NCBI GenBank assembly: GCA_963695345.1
Contig: OY968769.1
Location: 1,312,001-1,376,000, forward strand
Length of the DNA: 64,000 nt
Source of the DNA: an uncultured Methanomassiliicoccales archaeon
Lineage (GTDB): Archaea > Thermoplasmatota > Thermoplasmata > Methanomassiliicoccales > UBA472
Direction of reading: 5' to 3'
In this document: piece by piece, positions 48,123 through 61,168 of the stretch
Numbering within the stretch: position 1 is the stretch's first letter
Layout of the letters: each line of letters begins with the position of its first letter
The notes under the pieces: model-generated
Told to the model about the DNA's origin: nothing
What the model saw: the letters and a program-made list of their open reading frames with translations, nothing else
Database searches by the model: none
Made by a program: the position numbers and the translations under genes

Positions 48123-49019
48123 ATGAACCGTCGGCTTCTCTATTCGATCCTGATATTCGCTGGAGTCCTGGCATTAGGGACCGTGGCCTTCACCTTCGTA
48201 GAGCCTTCTGTTCATGGGGATCCGTGGGTGTCTCTGTATTTCACCATAACCACCGTTTTCACAGTAGGATACGGGGACGTGGTACCGACCACCGGCGACA
48301 GCAGGATCACCGCCGTCATTGTGATGGTGCTGGGGATCGCAGCCGGGGTCCACACATTGCAGAACCTGTTCGATCTGGCGATCAGGCGCGACCTGAGGAG
48401 AGAGCTAGGCCTACCGGAAAGGAGGGTCAGGATGAAAGATCATTACATCATTTGTGGCTACGGACACGTGGGAAGGGAGGTCCTGGACCAGCTGGCAAAG
48501 AAAGGGGAAAGGTACCTGGTCATTGAAAATGACCGGAGCAAGGTGGAGACCATGGTGGACCACGGCATCCCGGTGATCGCCGGAGACGCGGAATCGGAGG
48601 AGGTGCTGCAACGGGCCAATATCTCGACCGCCAAGGGGCTTATCGCCACCATGAAGGATTCACAGAACATGATCGTGGTCCTGACGGCAAAGACGCTCAA
48701 CCCGAAGATCAATGTGGTGACGGAGGTCGAAGACCATAAGAACGAGGGGAAGTTGAGACTGGTAGGTGCGGATAGCATCATCAACTGCCATGAGATGGGG
48801 GCCAGGTTAATGGTGGGGAGAGCACGGAACGTCACCATAGACCCGGTCTGCGGGCATGAGATCAGCACACCCGACGCCAAGTTCAGTCATGTGTACCAGG
48901 ATGGAACCTTCCACTTCTGCTCGAAGGAGTGCATGGAAGCCTTCAGACTGAACCCTGACCGGTTCAAGGAGCTAAGGACCGTCCTGGATGACACATGCGG
49001 TATGGGTCCCAAATATTGA
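48123..49019 (+). CDS. 2-TM potassium channel with RCK_N (TrkA-N) domain and a C-terminal YHS/TRASH domain
   Basis: TTVFTVGYGD filter, IICGYGHVG Rossmann motif, DPVCG...Y....FHFCSKEC...F..NP.RF. SD GGGTGA precedes ATG 48123. Confidence 0.9.
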   Translation: MNRRLLYSILIFAGVLALGTVAFTFVEPSVHGDPWVSLYFTITTVFTVGYGDVVPTTGDSRITAVIVMVLGIAAGVHTLQNLFDLAIRRDLRRELGLPERRVRMKDHYIICGYGHVGREVLDQLAKKGERYLVIENDRSKVETMVDHGIPVIAGDAESEEVLQRANISTAKGLIATMKDSQNMIVVLTAKTLNPKINVVTEVEDHKNEGKLRLVGADSIINCHEMGARLMVGRARNVTIDPVCGHEISTPDAKFSHVYQDGTFHFCSKECMEAFRLNPDRFKELRTVLDDTCGMGPKY

Positions 49020-49020
49020 T

Positions 49021-50229
49021 TCACTTCATCCGGTAGTATAGGAAGCCAGACCAGATCTTGGGCCAGAAATAGGTGGACTTCTTCGGCATGACCCTTCCTC
49101 CCAGCGCCACCTGCCAGATCGCTTCGAGATTGGGGGTGCTTAGGATGACCGCCATGTCCGCCTCTCCCTTCTGGATCTTGTCACCCACAGAGATCGGATC
49201 GTGGTCATAGGCGATCTTGAAGTCCTTGCCGGCGTTCGGAACGACGACCTTGTCCAGAAGCACTTTCTCGCAGACGAAGGTGTCCACCGACCACATCATA
49301 TCCGTGGGGTCGGTTTCCCTGGGCACGAGCAGGACATACCGTTCGTTCCTGGTCCAAAGGCCCAATGCGGTCTCCTTCGAGGCGGTGAGCGCGCTTATCA
49401 TCTCCGGCAGGCGGTCGAAGATGCGTAGGTAGAAGAACTCCTCCAGTCGGTTGATCAGGTCGTCCTCGCTGATCTCCATCCCGGAGAGGAGGCGGTGCGT
49501 CGGCCTCACGATCAATCCCGGATCGTTGGTGGAGATGAGCGTGGCCATGACATACTGCTTACGTTCGTCCGTCGGATTCTCCTGGGCATATCTGACCGAG
49601 GTCTCGTAACGGTGATGCCCGTCGGCGATCAGGAGCCTTTTTGAGCTCAGCTCGGTCATCATCCTAGCGACCACGTTAGGGTCGGATATGCGTGAAAGCA
49701 CATGGGTCACGCCCTGCCTTTCCGTCCATTCCAGAACCGGGGCCGCGTTCTTGTCCATCGCCTTGACCAGATCGGCGGGGAGCTGGTCGTAGAGACAGAA
49801 TATCGATTCGCAGTGGGTTTCGACACCGCGCAGCAGGTTCAACCGGTCCTCTTTGACCTTGGAGAATGTCTCCTCATGAGGGATCACGCCGTCCCGGTCA
49901 TATCCCTCGGCCTTCAGGATGCCCATGATGCCGGTCCTGTGCACTTTCTCAAAGTTCTCGGTGAAGGTCTGCCGGTACAGGTAGAAAGATTCTTTCTCAT
50001 CCTTGACCAGCCTGCCCTGTTCGATCCACGATTCCAGCCGCTTGCCCGCTCCCTCGTAACCTCCCGAGATCCCTCCCAGTGTGATGTTGGTTACGTTCAG
50101 CGGATGGGATTGAAGCTCCGCCAGCTCTTCCTTGGAAATGACGTCGTAGGGTGGGGATACCCGGTCTGAGACCTTCTCTTGCGCGTCGATTTTCGGTATG
50201 AATCCTTGGAAGGGACGGAACTGGACCAT
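49021..50229 (-). CDS. DUF1015-family protein
   Basis: F.PF.G, SPPYDVI, YLYRQ, PHEET...K.DRL.L, IADGHHRYET, MP.KSTYF.PK..SG. Confidence 0.88.
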   Translation of the reverse strand: MVQFRPFQGFIPKIDAQEKVSDRVSPPYDVISKEELAELQSHPLNVTNITLGGISGGYEGAGKRLESWIEQGRLVKDEKESFYLYRQTFTENFEKVHRTGIMGILKAEGYDRDGVIPHEETFSKVKEDRLNLLRGVETHCESIFCLYDQLPADLVKAMDKNAAPVLEWTERQGVTHVLSRISDPNVVARMMTELSSKRLLIADGHHRYETSVRYAQENPTDERKQYVMATLISTNDPGLIVRPTHRLLSGMEISEDDLINRLEEFFYLRIFDRLPEMISALTASKETALGLWTRNERYVLLVPRETDPTDMMWSVDTFVCEKVLLDKVVVPNAGKDFKIAYDHDPISVGDKIQKGEADMAVILSTPNLEAIWQVALGGRVMPKKSTYFWPKIWSGFLYYRMK

Positions 50230-50296
50230 TCGATTGCCTCACTCCGTTAGGGCCGTATCTTGGTTATATTGTTTTCATTCCCGGTCCGCTGATTCT

Positions 50297-51464
50297 CTAA
50301 CCCACAGTGATGCGAAGCAGCTCGAAGGCTTCTTTCTCGGCTCTGCTCAGTTCCATGATATTTTGGCTCAGGCATTCCATCAGGTCCCCGATCTTCGATG
50401 GGTTCAGAGAGTCGAACTCATCTTTTATGGTGCTTAGGAGTTCCGTGTCTAGCTCGCGGTTGATCTCGGAGATTCTGGCCGCCGCCCTCGGTCCTTCCCG
50501 TTCGAACAGATCGTTCTTCATCACCATGAGGCGTCTCGTTTCAGCCAAGGAGTCCCATTCGTCCGGCAGGGCCGCTTCGGCTATCTCCGACCATCGTTCT
50601 CCGCATGCCCTGAACTTCGCTGCCGCTGAGCGAAGCTCCGGAATGTGGATGATGGTGGACGCTTCGTCTAAGAAATCCGCGTACATAGGCCGGAACGCCC
50701 CTCCTCCCGTCCCGCCGATCTCGATATAGATGAAGAGATTTAGAAGGCATCCGAACAACGACATTCCCTTGAATCTCCCTGGCCACTTCTTGAGTTCTCC
50801 GGACAATTTGTTGATGCCCTTGAGACCGAAGTTGGTGATTGCCGGCTCCAGCATCGAATCACAGGAATTCGCTATGCTTTCCCTTATCCCAGGGGTCAGG
50901 TCTGCCGATCTCCTTTGGGTAACTGGGCAGGAGCATTCTGTTCTTTGGCTGGAAGGGAGGGCACTTCGAGCCCCTGGCTTTCTTGAGGTCTTCCATTCTC
51001 AGTTCGAAGGGGTTAACGCTCCGGTCGCTGACCAAGGCCATTCCATTGCTGACTCCATGCACCACAATGGTGTGGCCTCCGAAATGGGCTTCCTCTGGCA
51101 TCATCATGTAAGGAAGGTAAGCCATGTCCACGAAGACAATGGTCGGTTCACCTCCCTTTAGTGAATCCATCAGGTCTTTGAGGGCGGCGTGGCCGCTCGA
51201 TGTCTCCTTGATGGTGGTTGCTCCGCCTATCCTCCTGAACGTATCCCCTATCGGGTCGCTTCCCTTTCCATATCGTCCTCCCACAAAAGGAGCTGGCATC
51301 CCTTTTCCGTACCAGTATATGAATGACAGGCCACCGCTGAGCCCGAAGGCCATCTCCTCGGACATTTTTATCCCATGGAAGTTCAGTACCGACCTGGCGG
51401 CCGTAGACCAGCAGTGCTTACCCCCTTGTGTTTCAAAACCTTCTATTGTTATGTCCTCGTTCAT
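50297..51464 (-). CDS. BtrH N-terminal domain plus DUF4872-like protein; one apparent frameshift near 50905
   Basis: G.HC.S.A, SE.M.FGL.GG, VDM.YLPY, HFGGH, GTGGG.FR.MY..FL.EA. The two ORFs join if one G is removed. Confidence 0.75.
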
Positions 51465-51473
51465 TTACCCACC

Positions 51474-52016
51474 TCATACCGTTTCTCCCTTCTCCATCCG
51501 TGCTGTCAGTTTCTCGATGCATTCACGCTCTGCTTCCAGTTGTACCAGAGGCAGCTCGAACATGAGGGTCACACGATATGGGTCGCCCCGTCCCATGCTC
51601 TCGGCGATCTTCCTTTCCAGGAACCGCGCCCGTTCGTCGAGCGATTTCACATGGTCATGGAGGCATTCGATCGCGCTTTCCCTGCTGAGCATATTGATGT
51701 TGGCAAGCCCTAGATCGAAGGGAGCGATCAGTTTTGGACAGCTGGACAGGACAGTGGTGATCTTTTCCTTCATTGCTGCTGTTCCTAGGTCGGTAACTGT
51801 ATAGATCCTGCGAGATGGTTTTCCTTCCACTGATTCAAGTTCGCTGCTGATCAGCCCGGATCTCTCCAGGCGTTTCAGGACATAGTAGATCGAGGAGAAC
51901 CCAATCTGGGTCCAGTTGCGCATCCCCCTTTCCTCAATGGTTCGGTCCAGATCATATCCATATTGCGGCCTCTCGCAGAGCAAACCAAGAATCGCTGCCT
52001 CAATATCGGATATCAT
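51474..52016 (-). CDS. PadR-family transcriptional regulator
   Basis: ILGLL.E.P.YGYDL, W..IGFSSIY..L.RLE..GLI, P.R.IY.VT..G. Confidence 0.92.
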   Translation of the reverse strand: MISDIEAAILGLLCERPQYGYDLDRTIEERGMRNWTQIGFSSIYYVLKRLERSGLISSELESVEGKPSRRIYTVTDLGTAAMKEKITTVLSSCPKLIAPFDLGLANINMLSRESAIECLHDHVKSLDERARFLERKIAESMGRGDPYRVTLMFELPLVQLEAERECIEKLTARMEKGETV

Positions 52017-52020
52017 ATGC

Positions 52021-52040
52021 CTATGATATTATAGTCATAG
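52021..52040. promoter_or_regulatory. Putative PadR operator (CTATGA-N8-TCATAG inverted repeat)
   Basis: Perfect 6-bp inverted repeat with an 8-nt spacer, 5-24 nt upstream of the padR start codon. Confidence 0.55.
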
Positions 52041-52352
52041 AATATCAATATTGCTCTCTCTCATTTCAGACGGTTGTGTTTTCTCCGGTAACTTAACGTC
52101 AAGTTATTCATTAATGAATTATCTATTTCTGGTTTTTCTGCGATAATTGCGAAATGATTGTTTTTACTGGCTATTTACCTTATCTTGACTGTCGACGATT
52201 ATTTTCGAGATTCGTATCGAATATTTTTACATCCCTGCCTGCAATATATTCAAATATTACCAGTGAAATCCATGTTTATGCTTAACAATCGTGAATGTAT
52301 TTCGCCGGTCAAGTTGAAAGAAAATCGAACCGAATGCAGGAACAAAAAGTAA

Positions 52353-55156
<2,804 letters not shown>

Positions 55157-55185
55157 GGTCGCCCCAGAGCATGGGATATCGACAA

Positions 55186-55725
55186 TTATGTCCTTTCCTT
55201 CATTCTCTGCAGGGCGTACTCCGCTCCCTTGCTGGCATAATAGCTCTTGTCCGAGATCAACGACTCCATCGCGGTGATGGACCTAATATCGACCAGTCCC
55301 ATGCGTTGTGCGAGCCTTCCAAGCGCCCAGGCGGCCATGCACCTGATCGTGGCCACATCGTCCCCCAGAAGGGCGGTCAACGGCTCAAGCGCTTCGATGG
55401 CTCCGATGCGCTGACCGGTAAGCTCTCCCAACGTCCAAGCGCTGTTCTCCCTGACCTCAGGATCTTCATCCCGAAGGGCGGTGATGAGCGGTTCAAGTTC
55501 GGCCAGGTCCCCGACCCCTGACTGCGCCAGCTTTCCCAGGATCCAAGAGGCCGTTTCCCGGCTGGCTTCAGACCCCTCCTCCAGAACGACCAGCAAAGGA
55601 GGTACCGAGGACAGCTCGCCGGCATCTTTCTGGGCCAATTCCGCCATCGCTCTCATTGCTTCGGTTCGCTTCCCCTCATCGCGTGATAGGATCTCGATGT
55701 TCAAGCGGTTAAGCGAAGGTGACAT
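55186..55725 (-). CDS. HEAT-repeat protein (PBS lyase-like repeats)
   Basis: Repeated PL...L.D....VR..AAW.LG.L units. Confidence 0.82.
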   Translation of the reverse strand: MSPSLNRLNIEILSRDEGKRTEAMRAMAELAQKDAGELSSVPPLLVVLEEGSEASRETASWILGKLAQSGVGDLAELEPLITALRDEDPEVRENSAWTLGELTGQRIGAIEALEPLTALLGDDVATIRCMAAWALGRLAQRMGLVDIRSITAMESLISDKSYYASKGAEYALQRMKERT

Positions 55726-55729
55726 GATA

Positions 55730-55951
55730 TTAACCTGGTCCTGTTGAAACGGCAGCGGATTTCTTTCTAATGATAGGTTTTTCCTTGTAGAACTCACACG
55801 TCCCGTAGTCAATCTCCGGGCGGCATTCCCCATAATCGGCCTTCATGCCCAAAGCGTCATGCCGGAAGCGTCTGGCCTTGCAATTGGCACAACTGTCGTC
55901 CTCTGAATGCCATCGGCATCGCTTCTTGCCTGAGGTCTCGACCCTTAACAT
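55730..55951 (-). CDS. Small Cys-rich hypothetical protein (73 aa)
   Basis: MLRVETSGKKRCRWH...CANC...C...CEFY, ending 4 nt before the HEAT gene start. Confidence 0.5.
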   Translation of the reverse strand: MLRVETSGKKRCRWHSEDDSCANCKARRFRHDALGMKADYGECRPEIDYGTCEFYKEKPIIRKKSAAVSTGPG

Positions 55952-56030
55952 CGTCCTGGAAAGAATATCATCTAACGAAATAAACATATTGAAGGCCGTT
56001 AACACAAGATTCGCGGGCGATTTTGGGCGA

Positions 56031-57554
56031 TCAGACGATCGGAACAAGGGATATTTTGGGAATGTCTCCCTCCCGGTCGATCACCAGAGCGTTGCATTCG
56101 GTGAATGGTTCGATGGAATACACCACCGTCGTCCCTCCGATGCGGTCCAGTCTGATGCGGTGGGTCGCCAGGTCCACCAATTTGTCCCTCGACCGGCTCG
56201 ATTGTGAAATGAATCCGACCAGTATGGCCTTGTTGCGCTTCACGCAGGCCAAATGGTCTGTGAAGTTGTCCATGACGTTCGGGACCGTAGATCGATTCCA
56301 GGGTGTCAAATCCTATGATCGACAACAAAGGGGTGGAGGTTCCCTTCAGCGAGAACGAGATCGATTTCCACCTAAGGTCGGTCTCGACGTCATTCCCTTC
56401 GATCGGCATGATGTATGGGTCGTTCGCCCCTTCGATCTGCGACGCGACCTCCGGAATGCGGACCTGCCTGGCGAACCGTTCATCGCCTATCAGACCAGAC
56501 ATCCTTTCCCTGGCCCCGCCGGACGTCTCCTTCTTGGTCGGGAGCCATAGCACGCCCCTTCCCAGGGAGGCGAAGTTCGCGACCATCGATTGCTCCAGCA
56601 GGCTGCAGGCTCCGGGCGGTACATCCGGTCCAAGCTCGACCAGCACGATCGATCCCGGAGGAACTCCGTTCTGCATCATCCGGTCCAGGTCCCTCATTCC
56701 CAGGGACACCCTTCCGGACATGTCCGGTATCGGGGTCCACCTCCTCTTCATCACCATCGATTCCGGCCTGTCCGGGAATGTCCTGATCCTGAGCCCCGTT
56801 CAAGGTGAACAGGTACTTCGGTTGGTTGATCTGGGTACCCCGAAGCTTGAGCAGGTTCATCTCCCGGAGCCTTCTCCGGTGATGGTCTGAAAGGGAGAGC
56901 TCGATCACCCCGTCACCCAGGTAGTCCAGGTATCGGTCGTTGCTCTCCAGAACAAAAATGAAATCGGCACGGCGCCTTTCCACCAGGTCCTTCTGGATCG
57001 TGGTGATCAGCGAGGCCTGGTTAATGCCGCAGGTCTCCGCCATCGCGTCTACGCTGTCCAGCACGACCAATGTGCGTTCGCTGCCGCAGCGCTCCAACGC
57101 CTCATAGATCTTCTCCAACGGTCCCAGTTCAACCCTGGTCTGTTGCAGGTTCTGCCCCATTCTGAGGTTTATGCCCTGTCCCCCATACCAGTTTCATCCG
57201 GCTGAACCAAGGTCTTTTCGGCCCTTCCGCATCATCGTCCGAGGCATCCTTTGTTATTGCCTCCTGGACCAATTCCTCTTCCTGCTTGCGCAGCATCTCG
57301 GCCCGGACACTTTCTCCGATGTCCTCTCCATAGACCTTGTTGGCCAGCCAGGGGAATTGGGTTAGTAGGAGGGCGTCCGACACCCTGGTGGAGAAGTAGA
57401 AGGAATTGTCGATCTCATCGATCTCTTCTATCGCTTGCAATGCAAAGGTGGTCTTACCCACACCTGCATTCCCACGTAGGATCAGAGAATGACCTCCGGT
57501 CGCCAAAAAGAACCGTCTAAGCTCTTCTGGTAGCATCCTTGCACTTTTGTCCAC
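56031..57554 (-). CDS. GvpD/KaiC-like RecA-superfamily ATPase with two domains, the second degenerate; several apparent frameshifts
   Basis: SLILRGNAGVGKTTFALQ, YFSTRVS, VVLDS.D, DYLGDGVI.L, R.....KLRG..I, then SLG..DLD...GS.VLVE. Split over four ORF-track frames. Confidence 0.72.
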
Positions 57555-57711
57555 GAGGAACGACCCGCCTACAGTTCTCGTTCAGACATTTTTGGGTATA
57601 TATCTGCTAGCAGGAAAATAACAATTCTTGATATCCAGACACTGGATGTTGTAAAAGAAATGGAAAATTGGAAAGGATTTTAGCCTCTCTCCAAGAATGG
57701 ATCAGGTCGGC

Positions 57712-58714
57712 TCAGTCGCCCCAGATGGCCTCGAGGTTGACATGCCTGCGGACCAGGTCGGCGATGTGCTCGATCTTGTCCGAGTCGTTCGGGTTGATCC
57801 TGGCGACCAGGCGGTCGACCATTTCGGCGGTGACGGCGGTCGAGTGACCGACCAGCAGGACCGGTACCTTGAGCTCGTCGGCCTTGGCCAAGATCTGACG
57901 AGCCGGGTATAGGCCTCCGGTCAGGATAAGGCAGGACGTGTCCGTTGCCAGCGCCGCGGTGAGCATGTCCGATCGGTCCCCTCCGGCGATCATGGCCTTG
58001 CGGGGTAGTCGGCGCATGTCCTTCATTGCCGATTCGGCGGTCATGCCGCCCACCATGGTCTTCTCGATGGATCGTTCCAGGCCTTCCTCTCCGGCCAGGA
58101 CCTCAGCGTTGAGGGCTTCGGCGATCTCGCTGACGTGCAAGTATCCAAGCTCCCGGGCGACCGGTATCGAGCCAAGGACCCTTACTCCCGCTCCTTCCAG
58201 CAGCCTTTCCACTGCCGGGTCGTCCGACTTGTTCAGGATGACCCCCTTGAGCTTCAAGCCCCGCCTTCTCCATCAGCCTGGCATGGTGAGCTACCTTGTC
58301 CAGTGCATCCGGCTCATCGGTCGCCACCAGCACGATGTCGGCCCCGATGGCCTGGGCGATGCTCACTCCCTCCACTCGGTGAAGTGCGCCGGTGGTGAAG
58401 AGCTGGGGCGACTCCACGATCATGAACTCGGCCTCGCCCTTCACCCGATCGTACCCGGTCGTGATGGCGTCCATGCTGACCGGGCTGAAGATATCATATT
58501 TCAGGGGCGATAGCATTTCCTCGGTCGGCTCCAGGTCGAGGGCCTTCTTCATCAGGTAGGCGTCCCGGTCGACGACCCGGTTGTCGATGCAAAGTACATC
58601 CTCGCGGAACGGCTTGTAATAGCCGACCTTGCCCTTGTAGTTCTTAGCCAGACCTAGTGCTACCATGCTCTTTCCAGAGTTTTCGAACACCGAGCTTAGG
58701 AATAATGGTCTCAT
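57712..58714 (-). CDS. Phosphotransacetylase N-terminal-like protein (BioD-like P-loop plus DRTGG domain); apparent frameshift near 58260-58285
   Basis: SGKSMVALGL, GYYKP, GVILN, GGDRSD...AAL....CLILTGG. Confidence 0.85.
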
Positions 58715-60811
58715 CAATTCATCCTCCTTATGGTCACCAGCGCGTCAACCGCGTAGCAGCCCTTGCCTTCGTCCCCGACCATTACCGGGTTGACCTCCAG
58801 CTCGGAGATCTCGGGGAAATCGATCGCGATCTGTGAAATGCGGACCAGCACCTCCCTGAGGGAGTGCACGTCCGCCATCTTCCCGCCCCTAGCACCTGTC
58901 AAGATGGGGTAGGATTTGATAGATTTTATCATCGACTCGACGTTGTATTGCGTCAATGGGGCGATCCGTCTGGGAGACATCCTTCATGATCTCCACGAAG
59001 ACGCCTCCCAGACCGAACGTTATGACAGGTCCGAACTGCTCGTCCCTGGTCATGCCCACCAGGACCTCCTTTCCCTTCACCATTTGGCATACCGTTACCC
59101 CGTTCAATTTTGCACTCGGTGCGCGGCTTGCCACTTTCGACATCATCAGTTCGAAGTCGTTCTTCACCGCCTCTTCGGAGGCGGCACCGACGATGACCCC
59201 TCCCACGTCCGACTTGTGTGCGATGTCCGGCGAATCTATCTTCAGTACTACCGGGAAGCCGATCTTGGCGGCCGCCTTGGCCGCATCCTCCGCCGTCCTG
59301 GCGGTGACCTCCGCCGGCACTCCCACGCCGTATGCCTTGAGGATCTCTTTGCCCTCACTTTCAGATAATGAGGTCCTGCCTTCGGCATGGACCTTATCCA
59401 GCACCTCACGCACGCGGTCCTTGTCCCCTTCCACGGTGAGGATGATGGTGTCGTTGATCTCTTCCCTCATCTTCTTGTAGCGGACCATGGCGCCCAGCGC
59501 TCTGATGGCTTTGTCCGGGGACTCATAGTTAGGTATGTTGGCCTCCCTCAGCAGGTCGATCCCCTTGGACGTCTTGTGTCCTCCCACGAAGGCCGCCACG
59601 ATCGGAATCGGTACCTGGCCGGCGAACGATGATACCAGATGCGCCACCGCTCCAATGTCGACGGTGTCAAGTGGCGAAAGGAGGACTGCGATGCAATGTA
59701 CGTTGGGGTCTTCCATGACCGTCTTGATGGCGAACTCGTAGCGGGCGGCGGTCGCGTCTCCCAGCACATCGACCGGGTTGTAGATGTTCGCTTCCCCGGG
59801 CAGGTAGGCCTTCAGCTTGTCGATGGTCTCCTTCGTGAACTGCGCCAGCGTTAGGCCGTAATCGGAACAGGCATCCGCGGCCATGACTCCGTGGCCACCA
59901 GCGTTGGTCACGATCGCCAGCCCGTCGCCTTTGGGCAGCGGCATGTTGGCGAACACCTGGAGAAGGTCGAACATCTCATCGATGGTGCTGACCCTCATTA
60001 TACCCGATTGCCGGAAGGCCGCGTCATAGACCTTGTCGCTGCCAGACAGCGCACCGGTGTGCGACGAGGCCGCCTTCGAACCGCAGCTGGTCCTTCCGGA
60101 CTTGAGCACGATGATGGGCTTCTGCCTGCTGGTCTTGAGAGCGCTCCTCATGAACGCCTTGCCCCGGTTCGCCCCTTCGATGTACATACCGATGACCTTG
60201 GTCTGCTCATCGTCCCTCAGATAGGCCAGCAGGTCCGCCTCGTCTATGTCCACCTTGTTGCCGGTGCTGACGAACTTGGAGAAGCCGACCTTGGACTTGG
60301 TCGCCCAGTCCAGCATCGAGCTGCATACCGCTCCTGACTGGGAACTGATGGCGACCGGGCCGGCCTTGGGATAGATGTTGGTGAAGGTGGCGTTCATGTT
60401 GTGGTGGGCATTGATGATGCCCATGCAGTTCGGTCCGAGGATCCGTATTCCGTACTTCTTACCGATCTCGCCGATCTGCTTCTCCAGGTGGGCCCCTTCC
60501 TTGCCCAGTTCCTTGAATCCGGCAGTTATGATGATGACATCCTTGATGCCTTTCTTGCCCGCGTCCTCCATTACCGAGGGGACGAACGTGCTCGGGACAG
60601 TTATTATGGCTAGCTCAATAGGATTAGGTACTGCGGTCAGGGTAGGATATGCCTTATGGTCGAGTATCTCGGAAGCCTTCGGATTGATCGGGTAGAGTTC
60701 TCCCTTGAAACCAGACGCGATCAGATTCCTGAACATTATGTGCCCGATCTTGCGCTCTTCCGCTGAGGCTCCGACCACGGCAATGGAATTCGGTTCGAAT
60801 AGTGCCTTCAT
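58714..60811 (-). CDS. acd: Acetate-CoA ligase (ADP-forming), fused alpha-beta type; apparent frameshift near 58968
   Basis: P.SIAVVGAS, GPNCMG, SQSGA, AASSHTGAL (phospho-His), NPVDVLGDA, ATP-grasp HKSDVGGV and FGP.I.FGLGG, ELEVNP..AVDA. Confidence 0.92.
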
Positions 60812-61168
60812 TTAATCATCTGCGGATTGGATTTTCTCGTGAAGGGGCAGGGGGAATTTAAAAGAATCGGAATCTGTACACAATAACAAACGTCACATGT
60901 CGATGTTCAAGGGTTTTTGCCACCAAAGTGGTGGTGAAATCACCGGAATCGTTGGAGCGTCCAATCATCACTGGATAGGTATTTTCAAGAATCAAGTAGC
61001 ATCGACAGTATCCATTAACAAAATCAGAATAATCGGACGTATTCTATAAACGACAAATGACGATAAATGAGCAGTCATAATGTTTCCGCATACAATTCCC
61101 TTGCAGATGGTAGGTACTTTCGATGACCCGAGAATTAACGTTATAATATTGCCCCCCCAACTTAGTAT

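Noticed and set aside
60920-60934. Inverted repeat CCACCA-AAG-TGGTGG between acd and tag.
   Set aside because: It is short, occurs once and has no supporting context, so it could be chance.
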